Assembly (NCBI RefSeq): GCF_009834535.1
Contig: NC_045697.1
Location: 19,842,001-19,906,000, forward strand
Source of the DNA: Camelus ferus
Lineage: Eukaryota
Direction of reading: 5' to 3'
DNA length: 64,000 nucleotides
In this document: positions 12,138 through 25,050 of the stretch, piece after piece
How the letters are laid out: every line of letters begins with the position of its first letter
Position numbering within the stretch: the stretch's first letter is position 1
Made by a program: the position numbers and the translations under genes
Notes under the pieces: model-generated
Database searches by the model: none
The model's input: the letters and a program-made list of their open reading frames with translations, nothing else
What the model was told of the DNA's origin: nothing

Positions 12138-15100
12138 AAGATGACTTTGCTTTTTCAAGTTAGGAAATAATAAAATGTGTATTGTAATTAGACATTCCTG
12201 TAGAAAGACAGAATAATGAAAAAGCAGGCATAATTAGAGAAGTTGGATCTTCTAAGTACATAATTAAATTGAAGGAGACCCAATAAAAGAGATTGGCTTT
12301 GAGAAGAAAGGAGGCATATCTCACATAATAACCCGTAGTAAAACCAAACATGGGGCCAGATGTGAAGACAAGGAATTCGGGTGATGGGAGGATGGCACGC
12401 CTATCCAAGTACATTATTTTTAATTGAAATATCATGGTCAAGGTCATAATATCATTGTCTAACCAGAAATTTCTAGGAAGTCAACAATGTTATGTTAGTT
12501 TATATAAATGAAACGTATTAAAATACCCGTATATGTGATTTAATGGGTATTATAATGGTTATTTGGCTAATCGGCTAGGTACAGCCTGTCAGTACAGTGG
12601 CACTGAAAGATACTACATCTTGTAAATCAGATTCTTTGAAGCTTTGCCAATGTTTAATGGATTCATTTCACTTGTGATGTTTATCATATTACTTCATTAG
12701 TTATCTTTAAACTGTACATAAATATTTAAGAGTTTTAAAATTTACACATTTTTGTTTTAATGCACTTTAATCGTGTATATCAGCATAACATTGGTTACTT
12801 CATGAATAATATACATATTATTCGTATGTATTATAATATACATGATTATTCACTGTGTATAATAATGAGGTATTCATAGGCATCAGTAAAATCACCAGCT
12901 AGTGTTTATTATCATATTATTATATGTTTAAAAGTAAAACAATATGGTAACCATCATGGGTTAAACAAGTTCATTTAAGTATTCAGAGGCTAAAGAAAAG
13001 AAATTCAAGTAGACTGTATTAATTGAAAGGCAGCAAATATGTTTCCTTTGACTAAATATGGTTTATCCTGTTTTCCCACATGGCTAGTGCCCTCTTTTTA
13101 GATGAAACGACTTCCATGATAACATGTATGATGTTAAACAGAGCTGAGTTTGAAGACTGACTCCCATATTTATTTTTGTATAACTTTAGTGAAGTAATGT
13201 CTCTGAACTTCCGTTTTCCAATCTGTAAAACAGGGTTAAAAACATTCATATAGGCTCAATTTGAGGATTTCAAAGATAACAATGAGCCAAGCAGAGTGGT
13301 ACCTAAATTGGCTCTCAGTATAATAATGTTAGTAATTACTGAGAGCCTGCTAGGAGATAGGTATTACATTAAATGCTGCCTAGACATTAATTTAATCTTT
13401 GTGCTAAATTACTAGACTAGTTCTACGGACAGAGGCTGACCATTGGCACATAATAAATAAATAATTTGTTGAACGAGTGATTGAATGAACAAGACTCTGG
13501 AGGACACATTGTTATTAGTACTGAACAGACAAGGGACCCAAGCACAATGAAGGCAAACCAAGCACATCACAGAGTGATGAAGCAAAAATCTGACCACAGG
13601 GTTAGTTCACTGCAGAGTCCACAGTGTTCACCACCATGCTAATACCTCCACAGTTAATAGATTAATGGGAGTTACAGTTATTTTTTAAATAAAAAAAAAT
13701 ACTCGAAGGTATTAGGAACATACAGTAATGCACCTCTAATGAAACAATGGAGATGAAATAAGCATAGTTCTGTGGAAATTCAGGCTTTCATGCTCCACAT
13801 CTGTACGATGTCCTCATTTAAACCAACGATGTTCTCAAAAAAGATAGTCACAGTCTGGAAATATTTTTTGCGGGGTGTTTAGGTGGGAGGTGGAAGGCTG
13901 GGAGAGATTGGTGTTGATGGCTGGAAGATCCTGTCCCTAATTTAGACAGTTATGAGGGTAAATTGAGGCTGTTTGTTCTTTTTTCTCTGGGGGAACTTTT
14001 GAATTATACTAAAAATTGAACACTATCCAGGGACAGTCAGAAAGAATATTTAGAGGTGCAGAAATGGATGTTCAGTTTAGTTCTGAGTAATGAGAATCTA
14101 AGTGGCTTACTCTGGGAACCTTGTCTGCATTTCAGTTACCTATGATCATACTCTATACATTGTGTGCAGGTAGGAGCTTGAAGTCCCAGGGCCATATTTC
14201 CACTCACTCGGTGACTGCAAAGTCTTCTTTCTTTTTTTTTTTTTTAAATTTTTGGTCCCAACTTTCCATGAGAGTCACAGTGATGTGGGAAAAACCATAT
14301 AAACTGTGGAGTAATACAGATAGAGATGCAACATTTATGATTTTTTATTGATAATGGGAAGGAAATTTTAAAGTACAGAGAATTTCTTGTTTTCAATACA
14401 CGTCCAACCACAAAATAGAAAATCGGACTTCATTTGTTTGGCTATCTACATAATGATCTATTTACTTGGGCATTAGAGAAGATAAATTTAGAGTAACTGG
14501 AGTTTGGCACTTATTCCTAAATGTTTCTTAAGCTCTTAAGAAAGATCGCAAGGGCAAAATCATAGAGAAAATACACTGTGATTACATATAATTGATCATC
14601 AACCAGCGATGCCATTCCCCAGGTATGTCAGGTGAAATGATTTCTGTTATTTTTAGAAGATGCTGTAATACATTTCATATGGATGCAAGCCTGTCAAGGA
14701 GCTAGAAGGCATGTTTACTTCTGCACACATACATATATTCACACATAGCCATGTGTATATACATACAACAGATTAAGAGGAGAAAATTAATGAGTTTGTT
14801 TAACCAATGGGTTATTTAGAAATCAGTGGGTTGCTAATTGACAATTCAGTTGTTCTGCTGAGTTTAACTAGTTGTCTTCAAAGTAAATGCTTAAAGGTCA
14901 GTCTCCATTTTTTATCATGGTGATTTGTGTGTCGAGACAAAATGAGAGTGCAAAATTCATAATCGAATTTGACTGAATTGGCTCGTTGATTACTGTGCTC
15001 TGTGACTTTGGACCATCTTTAACCTTCCAGATAATTAATGTACTTGAATATTGTAACAAAGTGATTAGTAACATAGTCATTTTGTCAGGGCAAATGGGTC

Positions 15101-15899
15101 AATACATCAATCGAGGAATGACTATTTACTGATTGATTGACTTAAGCTTAACATTGTGCATGAGATATTGTTGTTTTATTTAAATTTTTCGCACAGATCA
15201 CCAGAGAAGAAAGCAGAAGCCCTGAGGTTTTAGTCTAACTTTTCCACCGACTAACTGTGTGATCCTGTTCTAGTTATTTATCTTTGCGTGGTCTCAGTTT
15301 TATCAATAATTAAATATCACCTGTGACAAGACAGTCATAGTTTTTTTGGATGTTCTAATATTCTAAGGGATTCTATACACAATAATCACAATTATGGAAA
15401 TAATAATAGCAATGAAAAATGTACATTGAGTGTTTATATTCCAGGAGTTTATAGTGAGTCTTCTCTATGTATTATAATATTTAATCTGCACAGAAATCTC
15501 AGGAAGTTCGTTTTCCAAAATTATAGATAAGGAACCTGAATTTGAAAACCGTTAATAATTCAACAAATCTTCAGAGTAAGTACTGGAACCGGCACTCGCA
15601 TCAGTTTCTGCTCACATGAATTCGATGTCCCTCTCCCTCTGTTCAACAGCCACTCCTCACAGATACCAGCCACTAGTTTTCTGTTGCTCTAGGTGTGAAT
15701 CAAACGTATGTCATTGTCTTAAACCTTAGCAAGAAAAAGGGAATCTACCACGACACCATTAACCTGCCCACGGGGGTGGTGACTTTATGGTCAGCCTTAG
15801 AGACGTGGAAACTCTCCTCCATGAGGGAGGAGTGGCCCCTGTGCCCAGGTTTTACCGCGTGGGCATTATTCCAGAAAGCCTAGACAGTTGATACAGGAT

Positions 15900-16850
15900 T
15901 GGAAAACTTTAGAAACCCAGGCACATCCGCAGAAATCAAACTCATTAAATCTAACTGCTTTAACCCAGTGGTTTGTCAGCAGCTCTTTCTTGAAACTCAG
16001 AATAATTAGGCAGAACATGAGACTTTATAAAGAAGGCTCACTCTGCTGTTCACTGCTGACCTAGAATCTGAAAGCTGCTTCAACACATACTGGCTCTTCA
16101 GAGCAAACTCAGCTCCAATGGTGTATTCTCCCTGCTTTGCACAGGGTAGATCAGCTTAAAACCCAGCACTTTTACCAATTCCCAGTGGAGCACAGACACC
16201 TGGAAGAAGGAAAGAATTTCTACCACCTACAAGTTTCCGTTGGTAAGCAGGAAAGAGAAAGAGAACCGCTGAGACTGAGAGGAGGAAGAGATTAATAAGG
16301 GCTGCCATCAGAGCGGGAGAAAGGGTTTCTCAAAACAACAACCATAAAAAGTGCCTCCAGGACAGCTGTGCAATATGCCTTTCTTCTCCTAAAAAGGAAA
16401 AACATGACAACACAGGGAAGCAAAAGATGACTGGAAAAGGAGATAAAGGAAGTAAGAGGTCAAGCTCCTGGAGTTGTTTTAAAAAAAAAAAAGGAGAAAG
16501 TGAAAGGAGAAGAAAATTTGGCTTCTTTATTTTTTCATGTATTATATATGCACAGGTATTGGGGACTGGGGTCACGTGGATATTATGTATGTATCCGCTT
16601 ATAAAAATAGATTAGGCACATTGGGAGCTTATGCACTGCCAGCATTTGTGTGCTCTCAACTGTCAAGTGCAGGCTCTCTAAAATACAGATTCCAAAGCCA
16701 GACTACAAAGAAAACAGTAACCAAGTAATTGATTTAGAAAAAACAAAATGTGATCCTTTGTAACTACACCTGACTAACGGTCCATTGTTTGCGTGTTGTT
16801 CCTTGGCAGGTATTAGTTTTTCCCTCAAACTATGGTTGTTCTCAATCTCT
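15900..16850 (+). promoter_or_regulatory. Candidate non-CpG promoter or 5' non-coding exon region
   Basis: No recognisable TE. TATA-like elements at ~16026 and ~16600, E-box gtcacgtg at 16571-16578, donor TTG|GTAAGC at 16242/16243, and a branch point with acceptor at 16809. Motif-level evidence only. Confidence 0.25.
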
Positions 16851-18669
16851 CTCACTCTTTCTCTGTGTCTCTGTCTCTGAGTGTGTGTGTATGTGTATGT
16901 GCACTTGCAGTTTTAAAATTGAGGGTCCCTAATTTTATATATTTTTCTGGAGGATTCTACTGTGGGAAAATGACAGTCTGCTTGTTATATTCATTTTTAT
17001 AGAAACACTTAAATGTGTTTTATTTTTACATACATTTTTTTCATTTTTAAAGGATATTCCAAAATTGTTGTTAGAGATTTTGTGCATGCCTCCCAGAATC
17101 TAGTTTTTTAAAAAACCCAACCTCATGTCGGTATATTTTAAACTAAATAAGAACTCCATATTCAACCTAATATTGCCAGCCTCTTTTTCTGTCATCAACC
17201 CACAGTGACAGGATCTCTGTTGAGGAAAATTAGGCTGCCTGTCTCTGATGCCATTTTTAAAATTAGCAAACTGTGCTGGTTCAAGTTGTATATCATCTAG
17301 TTTTATACATTATAATTACTTGAGAATATATTTCATTTATTAAGAAAAATATGAAGTGGTTAAATGATAGTCCTTGATGCTGCAAATCATGATCTTGGAA
17401 GGGGAAATAAAAAGCTTCCTGGAGCCTCAGAACAGACTTTTTTTGCTAGTTTGCCCACAGAAGCGATGCTATAGAGAGGAAAGTGACACTCCAGTGATTT
17501 AATTATTGTTCCACTCCTCCTTACATCCTTACATGTGTGGCCTAATATAGCACACCGAACAGCAGAGATGACAGTACAGATAGTCATCTTCCTCCTGTTG
17601 AAACCTACAGCCTACTCACACTCATAAATAAAGCTCTCAATTTATTGTTGTTGTTGCAGAAATGCCCACATTTTCCCTGGAAGGAGAAAGCACTACTCAA
17701 ATAACTACATTGCCAGCTTGACTAGCGTGTGGTGCACTGAGGGAATGCCCATACATTTCAGTGATTAGCATAACAAGAGTCATGTTATGTTAAATCTGTC
17801 CTTAAGTTATCAGAGCACTCTAGACTTGTGTATTTGCAAAGGACATGAGATGTCATCAGATCTCTTCTGTTTCGACATTATTGAATAATGGGGCTTGTGA
17901 CTCTAACCTCAGTAATTGATACCAGTTGCTGAGTACCCTTTTTGTTTATAACTGAACTTCTCACATTTCTGCCTAAAACTTGTTTCTTGACTTCTGATGT
18001 TTGCAGATGATTTGCCAGTCTGTCCCAGATTCCTCTATATTCAGCTTCCTAACGCAGTCTTTATAATACTATTACATTACATCAAAAAAGAAGCTGTCTT
18101 TTTCAATGCCTATTAAATGAAGGAATACCCCTGTTGAGTCTGCTTTCAAACCTTAGCTGCCTCTTTATGCTCTCTCACTGTTCTTGCACCCTGACATGTA
18201 CCAAATTGCCCTTTATTCTCCTTTGTGGGCTCCGTACATACTGTCCTAGGGTTTATGGCGGTCATGCTGTTTCACTAGCCCAGAATTTTCAACTGTTTTC
18301 TGCTTCCATTGCTCTTCAAGCAAGAAGATCCGGCCTTTCAAGATTCTTCCAAAAGACAACAGCATTAGTTTATTTAGTCTGTTAATTTAACTGTCATTCA
18401 TAGACCTTTACCATGTTACAGGCACAGCAGTAACAGTGATGAATCAGGTGCACTCAGCGCTTGTTTCCATGGTGCTTACAGTCTAGGAATATGTCCTCCC
18501 CTAACAGTGATTTCTTCTTTTTTCTGGTATTATTCTAACACTGCACTTGTACTCTTATGACCCTTTCTTTCTGTGGTCCGTTTTGCTTTTTACCTCATGA
18601 GCATGTGTAACACACATACATGCCTATTTAGACTGAATTTATATTTATATTTTAATGCATCTTTCCCAG

Positions 18670-19090
18670 TTATATATTGCTACCTAAAAGACTACCCCAA
18701 AGCTAAATGTCTTAAAATTGTATTTTCTGTCTCATGAGTCTTTGGAACACAAATTTGGTTAGGGCATAGCAGTGATAGCTTGTCTATTTTCTGTGATATC
18801 TGATAACTCAGCTGAGATGGCTCAGAGGCCAAGGAGCTGGAAAATCCAGGGAAAAGCCAAGCATCATTATCTTTCTCCATCTAGTCTCTCCATGAGGAAG
18901 CTAGCTTGAGTTCCTCACAGCATGGTGGCCTCAGGGAAGTTGGAGTTCTTACGTAACTGTTCAGTACTCCAAATATAAATCTTACAAAAAGCCCAAGTAG
19001 AAATAGAAGCTTTCTAGAGACTGGGCATCAGAAAGCACTCATTCCATACTTTTGTTTCTGAGACAAGCCAAAAAACGTAGCCCAGATATC
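18670..19090 (-). mobile_element. MaLR LTR (MLT1H/I-like)
   Basis: Antisense MLT1 motifs: taccccaaagctaaatgtcttaaaa; gagttcctcacagcatggtggcctcagg. Confidence 0.65.
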
Positions 19091-19112
19091 GGGTGAGTTT
19101 AATGTCTTAAAA

Positions 19113-20996
19113 CATTACTCACATATTCTGGTTGCCACTCTGTAAGGAGTTTGAAAGTTGCCACTCTGTCCTAACAAGTAAAAAGTTGAACAGAAGACTT
19201 ATTTTCAAACTATAAAAATCAAAGATAAAGAAAAATTCCTAAAAGAAGCCAGAAAAAAAATCACCCTTATTTATAGAGAAACAAAGTTAAGAATTCTATA
19301 CCACTTCTCAGAAACCATGCAAACAAGAAGACGGTACAGTGAAATATTTGAAATGTTGAGGGGAAAATCCACCTTCCTAGAATTTCTGCAAAATTATCTT
19401 TAAAAAGTGAGGGAGAAATAGACTTTCTCAGAGAAACAAAAATTCAAAGAATTTGTTTTCAGTGAATCTGCCTTGCAAGAAATGTTAAAAAAAAGTTCTT
19501 TAGAGAGAAGGAAAATAATGTAGGTCAGAAAATCAGATTTAAATAAGGTAAGGAAGAGGAAAAAAGAAAGAATAAGTGAAGTGAAATAAAAACTTATTTT
19601 CTTATTCTTAGTTTATCTAACAGATAAGTTTATTCAAGTAATAATGGCAATAATATACTTGATTACATATGCTTAATAACATCATCTGTATACATGCTTC
19701 TGGGTGCTTATATATAAATGAAATGACAAGTGATATAAGGGGTGGGAAGGAGGAATCAGAATTGTTTTATTATTACAAGGTACTCACATTGCCTATGAAG
19801 TAATATAATGCTGTTTGAAGGTGGACTTGGATTAACTGTAAATTTCAAACTCTAGGGCAAACACTGAAAACACTAATAAAAAATGCTAAGAATGGAGAGA
19901 AAGTAGAGTAATAAAAAATGCTCAATTAAAATCACAAAATGCAGGAAAAGAGGGAAAGACAAAAAAGGAAAAAAGAACAATGGTAATAAAACAATAAAGA
20001 ATATGGTGGATATAATCCAACTCTACCAGTAATCACTTTGAACTTCAGTGGTCTAATGTACTAGTTAAAAGACACAGATGGTCAGAGTTGATCTAAAAAC
20101 AAGACCCAACAATATATTGACTATAAGAGACCAACTTTAAGTATAAAGATACATATAGATTAGAAATAAATGGAAAAATAAGTCATACTAACACTAATTA
20201 AAAGAAAATAAAGGTAGCTGTATTACTTTCAGACAGAACAGAGTGGAAAGCAAAGAAAGTTATGTAAAATGTGAAACTATAAAATTCCTGGGAGATAATA
20301 TAGGAGAAAACTTAGATGACACTGGGGATGGTGATGATTTATTAGATATAACACCAAACACATGATCCATGAAAAAATAATCAATAACCTGGACAATTAA
20401 AATTAAAAAAATTGTGCTCGGTGAAAGACAATGTCAAAAAATGAGAACACAAGCCACAGAATGGGAGAAAATATTTGCCATAGCACATCCGATAAAGGAG
20501 AGCTATCCAGAATATACAAAGAACTCTTAAAAGTGAAAAATAAGAAAACAAACATCTCAATTAAAAATGGGACAAAGACCTTAATGGACACTCAAGTAAA
20601 GAAGATATACAGATGGCAAAAAAAGCATATGAAAAGGTAATCCATATCACATGTCACCAGGGCAATGCAAATTAAAACAGTGGAGAAGTCACTATACGCC
20701 TTTTAGAATGGCCAAAATCCAGAACACTGACAACACTAAATGCTAGCGAGGATGTGGAGCATCAGGAACTCTCATTCATTCCTGGTGGGAATGCAAAATG
20801 GTGCAGCGACTTAGGAAGACAGTTTTATGTTGCGTCAATGTAGTGTCATCAGTTAGAACAAATGAACCACTCTAGTGGGGGATGTAGATAATGGGCGATG
20901 CTATGTGTGTGTAGGGTCGGGGGTATATGGGAGATCTCTGTACCTCCCTCTCAATGTGCTGTGTACCTTTATTTGCTCTGAAAAGTAGTGTTAAAA
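19113..20996 (+). mobile_element. Internally deleted L1MC/MD-type L1 (ORF1 end, EN start, ORF2 C-terminus, 3' UTR)
   Basis: ORF1 C-terminal sequence at 19210-19500; EN start (atcactttgaac..tggtcta..aaaagacacagatggtcagag) at 20030-20260; abrupt jump to the ORF2 C-terminal region (ORF 20431-20640); L1MC1/MD-like 3' end at 20830-20990. Confidence 0.85.
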
Positions 20997-21939
20997 TCAA
21001 TCATTTTTTGTCTCATGATTTTGTGAAACAAATTTGGTCAGGACATAGCAGTGATGATAAGAGTACTAAGGAACCGTCAGCCATCCTGAACCTGCCGTAA
21101 CATACGTCTTGTATAATCCAGTAGGCAAAATATCTCTTGAGTGCAGGATCCATCTGATTCGTCTTTGTTTCACCTCAGGGTGAATATTAATATAGTAATT
21201 AACACTAACTCCCACAACAGAATTCACAGTCTCAGTACCTTAATGTTACAAAAGTTTCATCTAAATTCCAATGCTGGTTATGAGATCTCTTTATATATAT
21301 ATATATATATCATATATCATTTCTGTCCTCTAAGTAGTGTCTCAATCTTATAGTCAGGCCACAGAGAGCAAGTGCCCTCTCTGTAACCACAACAAGGAAG
21401 CAGAGAGCTAGAGGACTGTGTGGGGTTTTATGCGGCACATCTGGACATAGTTTATCTCACTTTTACCCTCATCCCATTGGCCAAAGCTAGTCACATGTGT
21501 CCATCTCAGTGAATAGGAGATTAGAAAACATCACTGTATACATGCATACATATATATATATCTCCATCCCTTTTTTTTCCTTCTTTCTAAGTACTGTGTC
21601 TAATCTAGTATCAAGACTGATTTACAATCCTTTTAATTAGCATAACCTGCTTATGCAAATTCATTCCTCCTCTTAATCCAGTGATTTATGAACTAAAATG
21701 GAACGTGATGTATCTCTTCTCATCTCCAATGTATACAACTAGTGAAGCAGGAGAATAAAACCTCACATTTGGAAAAGGAAGTATGGGAAACAGACAAGAG
21801 CGAGCCCTGTACCTGTTCTCTGGGAGGCACTTCCGTTCCCTTGTATCTTGGTAATCCCTGGCTCTGGTCGCTGAGTTCTTCCTTTGCTACTGTGTATTTT
21901 GGCCAAATCTGGAGTAGAAGTGGGTTCATAGGAGACAAT

Positions 21940-22080
21940 GCTTCACATTCATAGTGTTTTTCCTACCCCAGCCTTGAAATTAATCATTTTCCCCAGGAAC
22001 TCGGGTTCCATTCAGTGGACAATGTTATTGAGACACCAAGATCTGGGCTCTAGGTGTGCTCATTCTTACAATGTTAATGG
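21940..22080 (-). mobile_element. L1MC4/5-type 3' UTR fragment
   Basis: ccccagccttgaaattaatcattttccccaggaactcggg...accaagatctgggctctaggtgtgctcatt. Confidence 0.6.
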
Positions 22081-22568
22081 TTTCTTTTTGTGATACATTT
22101 TCTTCAGTAACTTAATAGGTTTCTAATCTATTTATTATCTTCATTGAGTTTCATGTGTCAGAACTAGAACCATTTTTTCCCTGAAACTTACTTCTTAAGT
22201 CGTCTTCTTTTTTTTTCCTCTTTTACTTTATTGACATCAGACCTCAGTGGCTTCCTTAAGACTATCTAGTTTAAATGTAAAGGCTACATCTACAGCCTTA
22301 TCTTTGCACTGATCCCAGCCTATCCAAATGAAACGTTTTGTTGGAATATTTTATTCAAATATGATTTAATATTATTTCTAGAAGCAGTAAGATCTTCCAG
22401 ATCTAATCACTCCTGAGTTATCTTTCTATATTTCTAGTTTTATTTTACTTTATTAAATTGTAATAAAGATGGAGAAAACTTTATAGAACATAAGTGTATA
22501 TCCTGGTTAATTTTCAGAAACTTACTACATCTGTGTAACCAGTACCCACATCAAGAGATGGAACATTA

Positions 22569-23877
22569 TATATAAAAATAAATTCAAAATGGATTAAATA
22601 CCTACATATAAGACCAGAAACTATGAAACCGCTAGAAGAAAACATAGGCAGAGTACTCTTTGACATAAATCCTAGCAAAATTTTTTTGGATCATTCTTCC
22701 AAAGCAAAGGAAATAAAAGCAAAACTAGACAAATTAGACCTGATTAAACTTAAAAGCTTTTTTTGCACAGCTAAGAAAACTTTTGACAAAATGAAAAGAC
22801 AACCTACTAAATGGGAGACAATATTTGAAAATAGTATGACCAATAAGGGGTTAATATCCAAAATAGATGAACAGCTCATATAACTCAACATAAAAGAAAA
22901 AACCCAATTAAAAATTTGATACGAGACCTGAATAGACATTTCTCCAAAGAAGATATGCCAGTTGCCAACAGGCACGTGAAAAGATGTTCAGCACAGCTAA
23001 TCACCAGGGAAATGCACATCAAAACCGCAATGAGATTATCACCTTGCACCTGTCAGAATGGCTATCATAAAAAAAAAAAAAAACACGTATAACAAATGAT
23101 GTGAAGGAAAGAGAACCCTTATCCACTGTTGGTAGGAATGTAAATTGGTGCAGCCACTGTGGAAAACAGTATGGAGGTTTCTCAAAAAACTAAAAAAGGA
23201 ACTACCATATGACCCAGCAATTCTACTCCTAACTATATAACCAAAAAAAAAGAAGAAAAAAGCCCAAACCAAAAACAGAAACACTAATTTGAAAAGGTGC
23301 ATGTACCCCAATATTCATAGCAGCATTATTTACAACTGCCACGATATAGAAACAACCTAAGTGTCCATCAACAGATGAATGTATGAAGAAGATGTGACAC
23401 ACACACACACACACGTATATATACATACACACGGAATAAAATACTCCTTAACCATAAAAGAGAATGAAATTTTGCCATTTGCAACAATGTGGATGGACTT
23501 GGAGTGTATTACGCTAAGTGAAATAATTCAGAGGAACACAAATACTGTATGATATCACTTACATGTGGAATCCAAAAAATTACAACAAACTAGTGAGTAT
23601 AACAAAAAAGAAGCAGACTCACAGATAAAGAGAACAAACTAGTAGTAACCAGTGGGGAGAGAGAAGCAGGGAGAGGCAAGGTAGAGGTAGGGGATTAAGA
23701 GGTACAAACTATTATATGTAAAATAAGCTTCAAGGATCTATTGTACAGCACAGGGAATAGGGCCAATATTTTATAATAACTATAAATGGAGTATAACCTT
23801 TAAAAACTGTGAATCACTGTATTGTTCACCTGCAGCTTGTATAATATTGTACATCAGCTATACTTTAATAAAAATGA
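22569..23877 (+). mobile_element. Young 5'-truncated L1, inserted into an older antisense L1M 3' end (~22440-24390)
   Basis: ORF 22623-22883 (KPLEENIG...[15 protein letters not shown]), full 3' UTR, A-tail, and perfect 16-bp TSD aagagatggaacatta at 22553-22568 and 23878-23893. Confidence 0.95.
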
Positions 23878-24739
23878 AAGAGATGGAACATTACCAGCTG
23901 CCCGCAGAGCCCTCCTCATGTCCTCTTATTGGTGTTGTCTCACTCCTACCCCCCAGGGTAATCTCTGTGCTGACTTACAGTACTATAGACTAGTATTGCT
24001 CAATTTCAAATTTTATTTTAATGGAATCCAACTGGACATATTCTCCGGTGTCTGGCTTCTTTGATTCATTATATTTGTGAAATTCAGCTATATATTTATA
24101 CACAGTAGTCAGATATTATGCAATATGAATAATATTCCATTTTGTGAATAGTCCATAAGGGATGTATCCATTCTAATGTTGATGGACTTTTGGGTGGTTT
24201 CTAATTTTTAGCTATTTTGGAGGGGGCTGCTAAGAACATTCATGGTCATGTATTTTGGTGAACATAGATACTTAAGAGTGGCAATGCTGAATCATAAATA
24301 TATAGTTATTCAGTTTTATAAAATATTGCCAGTTTCCCAAAGTGGTTGTACTGAATTATACTCCTTCTAGTCGGGTATGGGAGTTCTCTTTCCTTCAAGG
24401 CCCTAAATCTTTATTTTCAATAATGTCTTTCTTTTCTTCTAATTCTGCTTGTACTCAAGACAGTATTTCCAGATCTTATGTATTTTCTTCAATATCTTGC
24501 CAAATGCAGCCAAAACACATTACAACCTTCTATTGTTTGACACCCTTCCCCAGATCTACTATCTCAGAAGGGACGTGGCTTATCTCCTCGTTTAGAACAG
24601 GCAAAGGGTTTTCCAAATACTGTCCACAGCTTCCCACAGACAGCCACTTTTTGCTGCCATATCAGTTGCCCCACTGCCCAGTGCCTGACCACTAATTTGG
24701 CGCTACATGTTTTAGTTGCTAAAGCAGCAGTGCTCTTCC

Positions 24740-25050
24740 AGGACTGACTCCAGCACTGGTGCTGTAAGAAAGGAAACCTGAAGCCTTAACTGGTTCGCGT
24801 AATAAAGGTTTACTTCTTGCTCACATCATAGTGGGTTACAAAACAGCTGGCTCTCTGTCTTGGAGCCACGTGGCTTCTATAGTCACCACAACAAGGAAAG
24901 AGAAAACTTGAGGCTCATCTGAGGTATTTTTGGATTTTTTTTTAATAGAATTGGCTTTCACCACTTTCAACTAAACCCTGTTTGAGTGCCCACTCCCATT
25001 CATTTCAGCCTGAGTGCATGGAAATTAAGGAACACATGGGTGTTTGGTAG
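24740..25050 (-). mobile_element. MaLR LTR fragment (MLT1I/J-like)
   Basis: gctgtaagaaagg..aataaaggtttacttcttgctcacat...; related decayed pieces lie at ~21350-21530 and ~26080-26390. Confidence 0.5.

Noticed and set aside
12800..12866. AT-rich palindromic stretch (gaataat..attattc)
   Set aside because: Low-complexity AT sequence forms such stems readily by chance.
16427..16615. ORF MTGKGDKGSKRSSSWSCFKKKK...
   Set aside because: The Lys-rich content comes from a poly-A/purine tract; not recognisable as a coding exon.
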